Part shown: in pieces, positions 1-9,871 of the stretch
How the letters are laid out: each line of letters begins with the position of its first letter
How positions within the stretch are numbered: the first letter of the stretch is position 1
NCBI GenBank assembly: GCA_949300375.1
Contig: CASGEB010000004.1
Span: forward strand, 101 to 64,100
Reading direction: 5' to 3'
DNA from: an uncultured Pseudomonadota bacterium
GTDB lineage: Bacteria; Pseudomonadota; Alphaproteobacteria; RF32; CAG-239
Length of the DNA: 64,000 bases
Position numbers and translations under genes: made by a program
Notes under the pieces: model-generated
Told to the model about the DNA's origin: nothing
What the model saw: only the letters and a program-made list of their open reading frames with translations
The model's database searches: none

Positions 1-603
1 TGGGTGGCAGCCGATTCTTGCATCATAATAGTCTTCGTACTTGCTCTCAGACGAAGACCAATACGCATCCTTTTCTTGCAGCTTAGGTTGGTCTATCTTC
101 CCCAGAGCTGTTTGAATAACGCCAAGATTTTTAAATATATTGACCAATTCGTCTTTGCTGGGCAAAAAAGCCTCACCGGCTCTGACCCCATCGAAGTCAT
201 ATTTTTCACACCACTCAGCGGCTTCTGCACAAGTTTCATGCGCTTGAGCCTCTTTCAAAAGCAAATAAGTATTATCTTTACCACTTTTGTTAGAAGCGCT
301 GGCATAAAACGAATGATCTTTCATCCACATTAAACCAGTTGTTTCCCGCAACCCGAGAACCAAACCGTGCTTTCCACTTTTATCAACCCAGCCGACAATC
401 CCGGAAATCTGTTTTTCTGGAAGGACATCTGCCGAAATCGTCCTGTCAGAATAAAAATACATTCCAGGACGAATAATATCAACTGAATTTGCTTTTTCAG
501 ATTGAATGGAATTTTGGCCAAAATACGTAATAACCTCTTCTGCCGTCAAATTAAAACTTTCTGCAGCGGCAGCTACCGCTTTTAATTTTTCATTTTTCTC
601 CAT
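1..603 (-). CDS. DUF1566/Lcl C-terminal-like domain protein, 3' end runs off the window
   Basis: My own translation from the ATG at 603-601 stays open to base 1 (201 codons). It is absent from the ORF track because there is no stop in the window. The AFLPSKDEL...AYWSSSE pattern resembles the DUF1566 signature; family call is from memory only. Confidence 0.45.
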   Translation of the reverse strand, partial: MEKNEKLKAVAAAAESFNLTAEEVITYFGQNSIQSEKANSVDIIRPGMYFYSDRTISADVLPEKQISGIVGWVDKSGKHGLVLGLRETTGLMWMKDHSFYASASNKSGKDNTYLLLKEAQAHETCAEAAEWCEKYDFDGVRAGEAFLPSKDELVNIFKNLGVIQTALGKIDQPKLQEKDAYWSSSESKYEDYYDARIGCHP

Positions 604-824
604 AATTATAAAGTTAAAGTTTAAGTTAATAATTCTTATAAAGTATATAAAATATATCAAACCTATGGATTTTTGTCAACGACAAAATAGACAAATATGT
701 AAAAATCCTGCCGTTCTCTTCGCAAATATGGATTATGCATCTTGCCCCAATAAGTTTACCGCCGCGATTGCCGTTTTAGATACGCCAATACCACTACCGT
801 AACCTCCGAAAGAAGAAAAAACAC

Positions 825-853
825 TTGACAGCTTGTAATCTATAGTTTACAAT
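825..853 (+). promoter_or_regulatory. sigma70-type promoter with embedded operator-like inverted repeat upstream of the toxin-antitoxin pair
   Basis: TTGACA (825-830), 17-nt spacer, TACAAT (848-853). The spacer and -10 contain the inverted repeat TTGTAA..TTACAA. The toxin ATG lies 23 nt downstream. Confidence 0.5.
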
Positions 854-875
854 CTTATATAAAGAAAGGGAAACA

Positions 876-1166
876 ATGTATAGCATTATCAAAACAGAAT
901 ACTTTGAAAAATGGCAAGCCAGCCTTAAAGATACCAACGCTAAAGCCAGAATAAACGTACGTATCAGGCGCATGGAAACCGGAATGCTTGGAGATATCAA
1001 GCCCGTTGGCGAGGGAGTTTCTGAGGCAAGAATACACTATGGAGCCGGTTATCGTCTTTATTTCTGCCAGCGCGGTGATGTTGTAATAGTTTTGCTTTGC
1101 GGTGGCGATAAATCAAGCCAAAGCAAAGATATTGAAATTGCAAAGGAGTTAAAGAGATGTCTGTAA
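876..1166 (+). CDS. RelE/ParE-superfamily toxin (HigB-like addiction module killer protein)
   Basis: 96 aa. The KARINVRIRRME.G..GD.KPVGEGVSEARIHYGAGYRLYF pattern is typical of the addiction-module killer family. Toxin-first order and a 10-nt overlap with the HTH antitoxin. Confidence 0.8.
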   Translation: MYSIIKTEYFEKWQASLKDTNAKARINVRIRRMETGMLGDIKPVGEGVSEARIHYGAGYRLYFCQRGDVVIVLLCGGDKSSQSKDIEIAKELKRCL

Positions 1167-1474
1167 AAATTACCAAAGAAGATTGCAAACTGAGTAAATG
1201 GGACGTTGTTGACCACCTTGATAGCGAGGAGGCCATTGCCGCCTATTTAGAGGCAGCCGCAGAAGAAAACGATCCTGAATTTATGGTTCACGTCATCAAC
1301 GATATTGCCCGTGCCCGCGGCATGAATGAACTGGCAAAAAAAATGGGAGTTACCCGCGAGGGACTTTACAAATCCTTAAACGGCAGCACTAAACCCCGTT
1401 TTGAAACAATTTGCAAAGCCCTTAACGCGCTTGGTTTCCAAATAACCATTAAAACCCTTAAAAGTGAGGCTTAA
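1157..1474 (+). CDS. HigA-like addiction module antidote protein (HTH)
   Basis: 105 aa. The DPEFMVHVINDIARARGMNELAKKMGVTREGLYKSL helix-turn-helix is typical of the antidote family. Overlaps the toxin stop. Confidence 0.8.
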   Translation: MSVKITKEDCKLSKWDVVDHLDSEEAIAAYLEAAAEENDPEFMVHVINDIARARGMNELAKKMGVTREGLYKSLNGSTKPRFETICKALNALGFQITIKTLKSEA

Positions 1475-1704
1475 GAGTTTTTGCAAAGTTCCAGTTCCTG
1501 CCGCAGCTTATCAATCCCGCCGATCCATTCCCAAGTTGCCGGATATTCTTCTGCAGTCGCATTTTTGAACTCGTCAGCAACTGCCACACCGGCAACCGGG
1601 TATGTCGGGCAAAACTCATAATTGACCTGCACGCATTTTGTCGAGCCGCCTGTCGCGATTATCGTTAGGGCGACTAAAGGCTCTATAATTGCCGCTAATG
1701 GCAA
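1471..1704 (-). CDS. hypothetical small protein (doubtful)
   Basis: 77-codon ORF with a TTG start directly preceded by an in-frame TAA. No SD seen and no recognisable motif. Confidence 0.15.
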   Translation of the reverse strand: MPLAAIIEPLVALTIIATGGSTKCVQVNYEFCPTYPVAGVAVADEFKNATAEEYPATWEWIGGIDKLRQELELCKNS

Positions 1705-1803
1705 TTATCTCGGAAAAGCATCGGCATCACTAATCAATCTGTTTGAAATAAACAATGAAAATAACCCTGTCTAAATGTTATATGTAAAATTTTCACCCTA
1801 TTT

Positions 1804-1834
1804 GCCCCGTAAATTCGGGGCTTTTCTTTTATTT
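1804..1834 (+). terminator. rho-independent terminator-like hairpin with no annotated upstream plus-strand gene
   Basis: GCCCCG-taaatt-CGGGGC followed by TTTTCTTTTATTTT. Confidence 0.5.
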
Positions 1835-1879
1835 TCATTAATTAACTTTATCTCAAAATTGAGGACAAATTCACAAAAC

Positions 1880-1919
1880 AGATAAAACAAAAGGCTCTGC
1901 AATTTCTTACAAAGCCTTT
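1880..1919 (-). terminator. terminator downstream of tRNA-fMet
   Basis: Stem AAAGGCT (1890-1896) / AGCCTTT (1913-1919), followed on the minus strand by TTGTTTTAT. Confidence 0.55.
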
Positions 1920-1929
1920 ATTTTCCAAC

Positions 1930-2006
<77 letters not shown>

Positions 2007-2140
2007 ATAAAATAAAATCCAACATTTTTCTGAAAGACAGTGCATACATACGCTCTTTTCTCTCTGTTGTCAAGCTAAAATTTTGCAAAACTTTTCGAAA
2101 TTTCCGGTTTTTTATAATTATCCGATAATTTTCTGTTTTA

Positions 2141-2209
2141 TCAAAAAAACAAAGAAATCAGCACCGCAAAAACAAAAACGGCCAGAACAACCCCGTGCCA
2201 CCACTTCAT
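2141..2209 (-). CDS. 22-aa hydrophobic mini-protein (MKWWHGVVLAVFVFAVLISLFF)
   Basis: GGAGAAAAAG lies directly before the ATG. Single predicted TM helix. Sits immediately after another mini-ORF. Confidence 0.3.
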   Translation of the reverse strand: MKWWHGVVLAVFVFAVLISLFF

Positions 2210-2220
2210 CTTTTTCTCCG

Positions 2221-2301
2221 TTAATTAAAAAATGCCAAAGCCAAAATAAGCAGCAATAAGACAATGCCGAAAAATATTTTGTGTTTTCTTTCCATTGTCA
2301 T
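2221..2301 (-). CDS. 26-aa hydrophobic mini-protein (MTMERKHKIFFGIVLLLLILALAFFN)
   Basis: This is the 3' part of the 83-aa track ORF. Only this part looks protein-like (charged N-terminus plus one TM helix). Confidence 0.25.
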   Translation of the reverse strand: MTMERKHKIFFGIVLLLLILALAFFN

Positions 2302-2416
2302 TTTCTCATCTCTGTTATTACTCATTGAATCAAATAATCCCGAATTTATATATATCAACAAATACTGATTGATTTTCCGGCACCATCGTGTTAAAACCAA
2401 AACAAAAGGGGATAAA

Positions 2417-2626
2417 ATGGCAGATACGGAGCTTGAAGAGCGGTTGATAAACATTGAAATGGCGCTGGCCAATCAGGAACGCGTCATAGAAGATTTGAAC
2501 CAGGTGGTTATTGAGCAGGGACGCCGTCTGGATTATTTGCAGAAACAAAATCAATATCTTCTGGAAAATATAGGTACAGAGGCCGTCAAACCGTTAAGCG
2601 AAGAAACGCCCCCGCCGCATTATTAA
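2417..2626 (+). CDS. slyX: SlyX family protein
   Basis: Start moved to the internal ATG after AAAAGGGG. Coiled-coil [23 protein letters not shown] and a C-terminal PPPHY are typical of SlyX. Confidence 0.8.
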   Translation: MADTELEERLINIEMALANQERVIEDLNQVVIEQGRRLDYLQKQNQYLLENIGTEAVKPLSEETPPPHY

Positions 2627-2639
2627 AGCAAAGGACAAA

Positions 2640-3311
2640 ATGCAGATGGATGAAAACGCTCTTTTCAAGTTAACGCACGGGCTTTATGTTTTAGGAACAA
2701 CGGACGGCGCCCGTTTTGTCGGCAGCATTGTCGATGCCGTTATGCAGGTTGCCCACAAGCCGTTTGTCCTGGCGCTTTCCTGCGGAAACCAGAGCTATAC
2801 CAAATCCTGTCTTCATCCGGACAAAGAGTTTTCCCTTTCCGTTCTCGGAAAAAACGCTGATCCTTTTATTGTGGCAAATTTCGGTTTTCAAAGCAGCCGC
2901 GACGTCAACAAATGGGATAATGTCGATTTTGAGGAACAGGATGGACTGCCCTACTTGCAAAATACGCTGGCAGGTATTAAATGTAAGATAATTCAGGAAA
3001 TTGCCTTTGAAAGCAATACGCTGTTTCTGGCAGAAGTTTTGGACTGCTATGTCGGTACCGGGGATGGCGAGCCTTTAACCTACAATGATTACCGCAGCTA
3101 TTACAAAAGCGGGGTAATTAAAGTTTTTAATGAACAAAAAGACCGAATGAAAGGAAAACATATGACGGAAGAAAAGAAAAACAATGGCAAAAAATGGGTT
3201 TGCACGGTATGCGGCTATGTCTATGACGGAGATGTTCCTTTTGAAGATCTGCCGGATGACTGGGTTTGTCCGTTGTGCGGCGTAGATAAAAGTTTTTTTG
3301 AACTTCAGTAA
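2640..3311 (+). CDS. flavin reductase-like domain fused to a C-terminal rubredoxin (Hrb-like)
   Basis: The N-terminal ~160 aa resemble the flavin reductase-like fold. The C-terminus [13 protein letters not shown]...[15 protein letters not shown] has two CxxC rubredoxin knuckles. Confidence 0.75.
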   Translation: MQMDENALFKLTHGLYVLGTTDGARFVGSIVDAVMQVAHKPFVLALSCGNQSYTKSCLHPDKEFSLSVLGKNADPFIVANFGFQSSRDVNKWDNVDFEEQDGLPYLQNTLAGIKCKIIQEIAFESNTLFLAEVLDCYVGTGDGEPLTYNDYRSYYKSGVIKVFNEQKDRMKGKHMTEEKKNNGKKWVCTVCGYVYDGDVPFEDLPDDWVCPLCGVDKSFFELQ

Positions 3312-3312
3312 C

Positions 3313-3344
3313 AAAGAGGAGGCTTTACAGCCTCCTCTTTGTTT
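3313..3344. terminator. bidirectional terminator between convergent genes
   Basis: AAAGAGGAGGC-tttaca-GCCTCCTCTTT, flanked by an A-run and a T-run. Confidence 0.6.
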
Positions 3345-3353
3345 CCCTGCCGT

Positions 3354-4802
3354 TTAGCCGACGGAGCCTTCAAGTGTAATGTTGATAAGCTTGGCCGCCT
3401 CAATGGCAAATTCCATCGGCAGTTGTTGCATAACTTCTTTGCAAAAACCGTTAACAATCAGGCTCACGGCCTCTTCCTGTCCGATTCCCCGCTGCATACA
3501 ATAAAAAAGCTGCTCGTCGCTGATTTTGGACGTCGTCGCCTCGTGTTCAATACAGGCGGTTTTATTACGGTTTTCAATATACGGCACGGTGTGCGATCCG
3601 CAAGTTGTGCCGATAAGCAGACTGTCGCATTGCGAATAGTTGCGGGCATGGCTGGCTTTGGGAGCAACTCTGACCAGGCCGCGGTATGTCTGATTGGAAA
3701 AACCGGCGGAAATCCCTTTGGATATAATTTTTGAAGTAGTATTTTTGCCAATATGAATCATCTTTGTACCGGTATCGGCTTGTTGTTTGTTGTTGGTAAT
3801 GGCAACCGAATAGAACTCGCCGACCGAATTGTCGCCCTGCAAAACGCAGGACGGATATTTCCAGGTAACGGCCGATCCGGTTTCTACCTGCGTCCAGGAG
3901 ATTTTAGCATTATCGCCGCGGCAGGCCGCCCGCTTGGTAACAAAGTTATAAACACCGCCTTTGCCGTCTTTGTCGCCGGGATACCAGTTCTGAACGGTGG
4001 AATATTTAACTTCGGCGTCTTTGTTGACCACAATCTCCACAATGGCGGCATGCAGCTGATTTTCATCACGCTGCGGCGCTGTGCAGCCTTCCAGATAAGA
4101 CACATAACTTTCATCATCGGCAATAATCAAAGTACGCTCAAATTGCCCGGTATTCTTGGCATTGATGCGAAAATAAGTCGAAAGCTCCATCGGACAGCGT
4201 ACGCCTTTTGGAATATAAACAAACGATCCATCGGTAAATACGGCCGAGTTCAGACAGGCAAAAAAATTGTCGGTGTAAGGAACAACGGAACCGAGATATT
4301 TCTGCACCAGCTCGGGATGTTCTTTCACGGCCTCGGAGATGGAGCAGAAAATAATCCCCTGTTCGGCCAGTTTGGCGCGATAAGTCGTGGCAACCGAAAC
4401 GCTGTCAAACACGGCGTCCACAGCCACCACGCCGGCCAAGGCCTCTTGTTCTTTCAGCGGAATGCCGAGCTTGGAATAAGTATCCAACAGCTCGGGATCA
4501 ACGTCGTCCAGGCTTTTCGGCGCGGCTTTTTGCACCGGCGCGGAGTAATAATACAAATCCTGATAATCAATCTTGTCATAAGCCAGTTTTGCCCAGGTCG
4601 GTTCGGTCATCGTCTGCCAGAATTCAAAAGCTTTCAGCCGCCGGTCGAGCAGCCATTCCGGTTCGCCTTTCTTTGCGGAAATCAGCCGGATAATATCGGC
4701 GTTTAATCCTTTTGGCGCCGTATCGGCTGCAATATCGGTTACAAAGCCGTATTTATATTTATCGCCGCTCTCATCAATGATTTGTGTCTGTTTATCGTTC
4801 AT
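3354..4802 (-). CDS. sufB: Fe-S cluster assembly protein SufB
   Basis: 482 aa with full-length resemblance to SufB (KYKYGF..., ...[21 protein letters not shown]...). Confidence 0.95.
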   Translation of the reverse strand: MNDKQTQIIDESGDKYKYGFVTDIAADTAPKGLNADIIRLISAKKGEPEWLLDRRLKAFEFWQTMTEPTWAKLAYDKIDYQDLYYYSAPVQKAAPKSLDDVDPELLDTYSKLGIPLKEQEALAGVVAVDAVFDSVSVATTYRAKLAEQGIIFCSISEAVKEHPELVQKYLGSVVPYTDNFFACLNSAVFTDGSFVYIPKGVRCPMELSTYFRINAKNTGQFERTLIIADDESYVSYLEGCTAPQRDENQLHAAIVEIVVNKDAEVKYSTVQNWYPGDKDGKGGVYNFVTKRAACRGDNAKISWTQVETGSAVTWKYPSCVLQGDNSVGEFYSVAITNNKQQADTGTKMIHIGKNTTSKIISKGISAGFSNQTYRGLVRVAPKASHARNYSQCDSLLIGTTCGSHTVPYIENRNKTACIEHEATTSKISDEQLFYCMQRGIGQEEAVSLIVNGFCKEVMQQLPMEFAIEAAKLINITLEGSVG

Positions 4803-6618
4803 TTTTATTCCAAACTTTCCTTAGGGTTTGCTTCCCGCCGTCTAAGATGTTAAATTTTGCAAACGCCACACTTTTAGCATAAAACGGATTCAATGACAAG
4901 CTTTTTGCCACTTCTCTGCAGTATTCCCGGTTTCCCGGCAAAGCAAGATATTCAAATTTTTTCAAATGCAAAAAAATTTTTGTTTTTTCAAGCAGGGATA
5001 GCTTTCTTGTTTTTAATAGCCTTTCCGTTTCCTGAAGTGTCATTTTCTGATGCTTCTCCGGCTGACGGCAAACATAGTCGTCGTTAATATCCGAATAAAC
5101 AGGGAATTTCTTTTTTAAATAGTCAAACTTTTTCTTATATTCCAGTGAGTTTTTAAAAAGATGCCCGACATAAGCCGAAGCTTTGACCGGTGTTTTTTCT
5201 TTAAGTCCGTTAATATAGTCATTAAGTGGTTCGGTATAAGCGTTTTCGATTCTAAAACTCTCTAAATCGGCCATAAAAACGGCAAAATCTTTTGGGCTGC
5301 TGCGCAAAATCTTATTACGGTGCATCGTCCGGATAATGTTTCTGGATTTGGGATGTGCTGGGTCGCTTTGTCCGAGTTTTTCCAGACAGTCCTTGCAAAA
5401 AATATGCATTTGGTTCATATCGGAAACAGCATCGTTAAGAAAGGTGTATGTTAACTCAAAAGCTTCCGGCGTCAGAATATTTTTCGGGTGCAATATATGG
5501 CAGACCGGATTAAAGTTAAAAAGGGGGCTTTTTGAAGAAAATGTCGATGACCGGATTGATTTTTTCAAAAGCGTCATAATCCTGCTGCTCAATTCCGGAG
5601 CGCGCAAAGCTGTCAAGAAAAGTATTCCGGTATATTCAAAAGGCAAATTTCCGGCATTTTCATAAAAAGGCAAAAGTTTTTCAACCAATGCCGGACGTTT
5701 GGATAAAGCTGCCGATAAAAGAACAAAAACACCGCGGTGCTTTTGTTTGAGCGATTCTTTAGCCATATTCTGCAGTGTCTTTGCCGCCGGCAGCAAAAAA
5801 TCAGGGCGGTTATCGGGCATAGCGCAAACAAACTCAATGGCTTTTTGAGCGGAATAAGAGAAATAATCGTCGTGATAAAGTTTCTGTACAACGGGAGAAT
5901 TTTTTTCTTCCGTGGCGAAAAGAGCCATTTCCCGAGCCCGGTTATCAGAGATTTTTCTGATCTCTTTTTTAAAATCGTCCATAATATTTTTGGTCGGCGT
6001 TTGTCTGGAAACGGTCGTCTCCTGCGAAGCCAGAAGATAATCGCTGAAAATGTTTATACAAGCTTCATTTCGAAGGTTTTTATCAATAAAAGTCTGGGTA
6101 ACGGCTTTAACAAAAGGATTATTTTTTTTATAGCGGATGTTTGCCAAAGCCGTTCCGATAACTTTGGCGCTCTTTGTCGGATTCTTGTCGTGTTTGATAA
6201 AATCGCAAGTCAGCTTGGCACGGATGTCAGATTCATAACACCAGCCGTCTGCCAACGCCGTTATATGCGCAAGGGAAAACTTGTCGGGATACTCGGATAC
6301 CGGCGGCAAAATAATCTGCGAAAGTTCTTTGCCCTGATTGGCGCAGCAAATGGCTTCCTGCAAATATTGCGAAAAAGCGGGGGACTCGGCGGCAATAAAA
6401 TCAAAAATTTTTTTATATTCGCTAAAATTATCGGCCACATAAAGGCTTTTGCTTTTGGCAAAATCAAAAATATCTTTTAAGACAATGCCGGCGCGAAAAT
6501 CTTTCAGGATATTCAGCGCCTTTTGCGATTCTCTCCACCCCAGAATATGAAAAATAACACATTTTGCGTCCTGTCCGAGCAAATTGCTGTTTTCAACGTC
6601 ATTTTTTAAATTTTGCAC
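4792..6618 (-). CDS. hypothetical 608-aa protein, overlaps the sufB start by 11 nt
   Basis: Long ORF with no motif I recognise. Helical and Lys-rich. Confidence 0.6.
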   Translation of the reverse strand: MQNLKNDVENSNLLGQDAKCVIFHILGWRESQKALNILKDFRAGIVLKDIFDFAKSKSLYVADNFSEYKKIFDFIAAESPAFSQYLQEAICCANQGKELSQIILPPVSEYPDKFSLAHITALADGWCYESDIRAKLTCDFIKHDKNPTKSAKVIGTALANIRYKKNNPFVKAVTQTFIDKNLRNEACINIFSDYLLASQETTVSRQTPTKNIMDDFKKEIRKISDNRAREMALFATEEKNSPVVQKLYHDDYFSYSAQKAIEFVCAMPDNRPDFLLPAAKTLQNMAKESLKQKHRGVFVLLSAALSKRPALVEKLLPFYENAGNLPFEYTGILFLTALRAPELSSRIMTLLKKSIRSSTFSSKSPLFNFNPVCHILHPKNILTPEAFELTYTFLNDAVSDMNQMHIFCKDCLEKLGQSDPAHPKSRNIIRTMHRNKILRSSPKDFAVFMADLESFRIENAYTEPLNDYINGLKEKTPVKASAYVGHLFKNSLEYKKKFDYLKKKFPVYSDINDDYVCRQPEKHQKMTLQETERLLKTRKLSLLEKTKIFLHLKKFEYLALPGNREYCREVAKSLSLNPFYAKSVAFAKFNILDGGKQTLRKVWNKNER

Positions 6619-6725
6619 ATCTTTCTCCTTAAGCCGGAAGTTATTAAGATACTCCCGAAATGCGGGAAATCAAGCTTTTTCTGAATGTAAACAAAAATTA
6701 ACTATCTTATGCTAGGACTTAAAAT

Positions 6726-7676
6726 ATGAAAAAGTTTGTGCTTTTGACATTGATAATGGTGATATTAAGCGGCTGTTCTTATGACAGCGGCCGTATTCGG
6801 CTGTTTAACTACAATCTTTGGGGCGGCCCCGCGCCGTCTTCGGTTGTTGTTCAAAAGGGCGATACGCTTTACAGCATCTCCCGCCGCTATGACCTGCCTT
6901 TGCGCGAGATTATCGAATTAAACGGCTTAAAACCGCCCTATAGTCTGCGTATCGGACAGGTTGTGCGCCTGCCGAGCGCCCGCTACCATATTGTTGCCAA
7001 AGGCGATACATTATACAATATTTCCAAACGTTATAATGTAAATATCAATTCGCTGAGCAAGGCCAATGACCTCCGTCCGCCCTATACTTTGGCCGTCGGA
7101 CAACGCCTGCAGCTTCCGGACAGTATCGTCGGCGGAGAAACCCAGGTTGCTTCCGTTTCTCAGTCTTCGGGACGCAAAGCGCAGACGCCGAAAAAGACAA
7201 CGTCAAGAGCAGCATCTTCTTCTAAAACAGTCAAAAAGAAAACCGCGACAACAAAAACAAAAGTGGCCAAAAACACTTATACGCCGCCGTCTAAAAACCG
7301 CAAAAGCAAATTCCTCTGGCCGGTAAAAGGCCCCGTCGTATCAAATTTCGGGCCGATTGCCAAAGGCCGGAACAACGACGGCATTAATATCAAAGCCGCC
7401 AAGGGAACGGCAGTCCGCGCCGCAGACAAAGGAACGGTTGCTTATGCCGGCAACGAGCTGAAAGGCTTTGGCAATCTGATTTTGATAAAGCATGATGACG
7501 GCTGGGTAACGGCTTATGCCCATAATGAAAAAATATTGGTTAAAAAGGGTCAGCGCGTTGCCCGCGGAGAAAAAATATCAACAGTCGGAACAACCGGGGG
7601 CGTTGTTTCGCCGCAGCTGCATTTTGAAATCCGCCAGGGCAAAAAGGCCGTTAATCCAAAATCTTATTTAGGCTGA
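6726..7676 (+). CDS. nlpD: NlpD-like lipoprotein: 2x LysM plus degenerate LytM (M23) domain
   Basis: Lipobox LSGC. Two LysM repeats (GDTLYSISRRY..., GDTLYNISKRY...). C-terminal M23 fold with NDGINI in place of HxxxD and QLHFEI in place of HxH. Confidence 0.8.
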   Translation: MKKFVLLTLIMVILSGCSYDSGRIRLFNYNLWGGPAPSSVVVQKGDTLYSISRRYDLPLREIIELNGLKPPYSLRIGQVVRLPSARYHIVAKGDTLYNISKRYNVNINSLSKANDLRPPYTLAVGQRLQLPDSIVGGETQVASVSQSSGRKAQTPKKTTSRAASSSKTVKKKTATTKTKVAKNTYTPPSKNRKSKFLWPVKGPVVSNFGPIAKGRNNDGINIKAAKGTAVRAADKGTVAYAGNELKGFGNLILIKHDDGWVTAYAHNEKILVKKGQRVARGEKISTVGTTGGVVSPQLHFEIRQGKKAVNPKSYLG

Positions 7677-7895
7677 AAATCCTCTTGCAAAATCTTTTTT
7701 GTTGCTTTGATATCAGAACTGCAGCCGGAAGACCGGTTGAGGAAGTTCCAAAAGTAACGATGAAAATAATTTTTATAAAAAGAAATAAGAAACAAAAGAA
7801 TGTCGAAAATTTTGAATTTTTCTATTTTTATGGTTGAGAAAAGTGTTATTTGGTGTATAGTAAGCACGCAAAATTTTGATAAATAGGAGAAAAAA

Positions 7896-8294
7896 ATGTT
7901 CATTAGTGATGCTTTTGCTCAGGTTTCCGGAGCGGCTGCCCCGACGGGTTCAATGGCCGGAACAATTATCCAGCTTGGTTTAATCTTTTTGATTTTTTAT
8001 TTTCTGCTGATTCGTCCGCAGCAAAAAAAGATTAAGCAGCACGAGGCGATGGTTAGCGCTTTGAAAAAAGGCGACCATATCATCACCGGCGGCGGAATCT
8101 ATGCAAAAGTTGTTAAAGCTGATGATCCGATGGATTTGACCGTTGAAATCGCCGATGGCATTAATATTGTCATCAACCGCGCCACGGTACGCGAAGTTTT
8201 AACGGCAGAACTGCTGAAAGCCGCTCTTGAGGCTAAGTCAAAAATGCTTGATAAGGCGGCAAATTCCAATAAAAAGACCAAAAAACAAAATTAA
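7896..8294 (+). CDS. yajC: preprotein translocase subunit YajC
   Basis: FLIFYFLLIRPQQKK...GDHIITGGGIYAKV motif. Sits upstream of secDF. Confidence 0.9.
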   Translation: MFISDAFAQVSGAAAPTGSMAGTIIQLGLIFLIFYFLLIRPQQKKIKQHEAMVSALKKGDHIITGGGIYAKVVKADDPMDLTVEIADGINIVINRATVREVLTAELLKAALEAKSKMLDKAANSNKKTKKQN

Positions 8295-8309
8295 AAGGCG
8301 GCGATAGAT

Positions 8310-9860
8310 ATGTATAAATTGTCACGAACCAGAATAATGATTATTATCGGCATCTGCCTTTTGGGAGTTTTCTTTTCTATTCCCAACCTGATGCCGGGCA
8401 AAGCGGCCTCGCTTCCGTCTTGGTGGCAGCCGGTAAACTTGGGTCTTGATTTGCAAGGCGGCTCCAATCTGCTTTTGGAAGTCAAAATCAGCGATGTCTT
8501 AAAAGAACGGATGGATCTGATAGAAGACAGTGTCCGCCAGACGCTGCGCGAGAATAAGATTCGTTATCAAAGCTTAAAGGCGACGCCGGAAAATGTTCAG
8601 GTCAAGATTGAAAATCTGAACTCCCGCAACAAGGCTGCGTCTTTGTTCCGCAAATTGGATCGGGATTATGAAGTGACTGAAACAGCCGACGGAACCTTGA
8701 CAATCGCATACAGCGACGTTGCCTTAAATGCGTTAAAAAGCAAAGTCGTTGACCAGTCTATTGAAATTGTCCGCCGCCGTATTGATGAACTGGGTACCAA
8801 AGAACCGGTAATCCAGCGTCAGGGTGTAGACCGGATAGTCGTTCAGCTGCCCGGATTGCAAAATCCCGAATATGTCAAAACGCTGTTGGGCAAGACGGCC
8901 AAGTTGAGTTTTCATCTTGTCGACAGCCGCAGTTCTGCAACGGATGCCCGCCGCGGGATGATTTCCAACGCCTCTAAACTGGTTAAGGGAACGGAAGGCG
9001 AAACCTATGTTCTGGGGCGCAAAGCCATTGTTTCCGGAGAACATCTTGTTGATGCTCAGGCAACTTTCCAGGAAGGTGAGCCTGTTGTCAGTTTCAAATT
9101 TGATACAACCGGTGGCAAAAAGTTTGGTGAAGTGACCAAAAACAATATCGGCGAACGCCTGGCAATCGTTTTGGATAACGAGGTCATCTCCGCCCCGACA
9201 ATCCAAAGCGCCATTTTGGGCGGCAGTGGCATCATCAGCGGCAGCTTTACGGTAAAATCTGCCAATGACCTGGCTTTGCTGTTGCGCTCCGGGGCTTTGC
9301 CTGCGCCGTTGGAAGTTTTGGAAGAACGGACGGTCGGTGCCGGATTGGGCGCAGATTCTATCCGGGCCGGTGAAATTGCCTGCGTTATCGGATTGGTTGC
9401 CGTTGTTGCCTTTATGATTGCGGCTTACGGCTTGTTCGGCATTTTTACGACGGTTGCCGTCTTTACCAACCTGTTCTTAATGCTGGGCATTTTGAGCCTG
9501 ATTGGCGCAACGCTGACTTTGCCGGGAATTGCCGGTATCATCCTGACCATCGGTATGGCCGTGGATGCCAATGTTTTGATTTTTGAGCGGATGAGAGAAG
9601 AGGTTAAAGCCGGCCGCACGCCGCGTGATGCTGCCGATGCCGGATTTACCGAGGCCTGGACGACGATTGTGGATTCCAACCTTACGACTTTGGTTGCCGC
9701 AATTGTCTTGTTCTATTTTGGAACCGGTCCTGTACGCGGATTCGCCGTAACGCTGGCAATCGGTATAGCAACATCAATGTTTACGTCGGTAACCGTTACC
9801 CGCGTTATCATTTCCACCTGGCTGAACAAGGCCAGACCGACCAAACTGCCGATTATGTAA
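8310..9860 (+). CDS. secD: protein translocase subunit SecD
   Basis: 516 aa with LGLDLQGG, a periplasmic domain and a C-terminal 6-TM block typical of SecD. Confidence 0.95.
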   Translation: MYKLSRTRIMIIIGICLLGVFFSIPNLMPGKAASLPSWWQPVNLGLDLQGGSNLLLEVKISDVLKERMDLIEDSVRQTLRENKIRYQSLKATPENVQVKIENLNSRNKAASLFRKLDRDYEVTETADGTLTIAYSDVALNALKSKVVDQSIEIVRRRIDELGTKEPVIQRQGVDRIVVQLPGLQNPEYVKTLLGKTAKLSFHLVDSRSSATDARRGMISNASKLVKGTEGETYVLGRKAIVSGEHLVDAQATFQEGEPVVSFKFDTTGGKKFGEVTKNNIGERLAIVLDNEVISAPTIQSAILGGSGIISGSFTVKSANDLALLLRSGALPAPLEVLEERTVGAGLGADSIRAGEIACVIGLVAVVAFMIAAYGLFGIFTTVAVFTNLFLMLGILSLIGATLTLPGIAGIILTIGMAVDANVLIFERMREEVKAGRTPRDAADAGFTEAWTTIVDSNLTTLVAAIVLFYFGTGPVRGFAVTLAIGIATSMFTSVTVTRVIISTWLNKARPTKLPIM

Positions 9861-9871
9861 GGATAAGAAAA

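Noticed and set aside
4-333. 109-aa plus-strand ORF at the window start
   Set aside because: It is antisense to the longer edge-truncated minus-strand ORF (1-603), which has a recognisable DUF1566-like pattern.
2100-2125. TCCGATAATT 10-mer near tRNA-fMet matching the module motif GTCCGATAATT
   Set aside because: A single 10-mer match is expected by chance in 128 kb of two-strand sequence, and there is no flanking similarity.
3753-4706. 317-aa plus-strand ORF
   Set aside because: It lies entirely antisense within sufB, whose identity is unambiguous. This is a typical shadow ORF.
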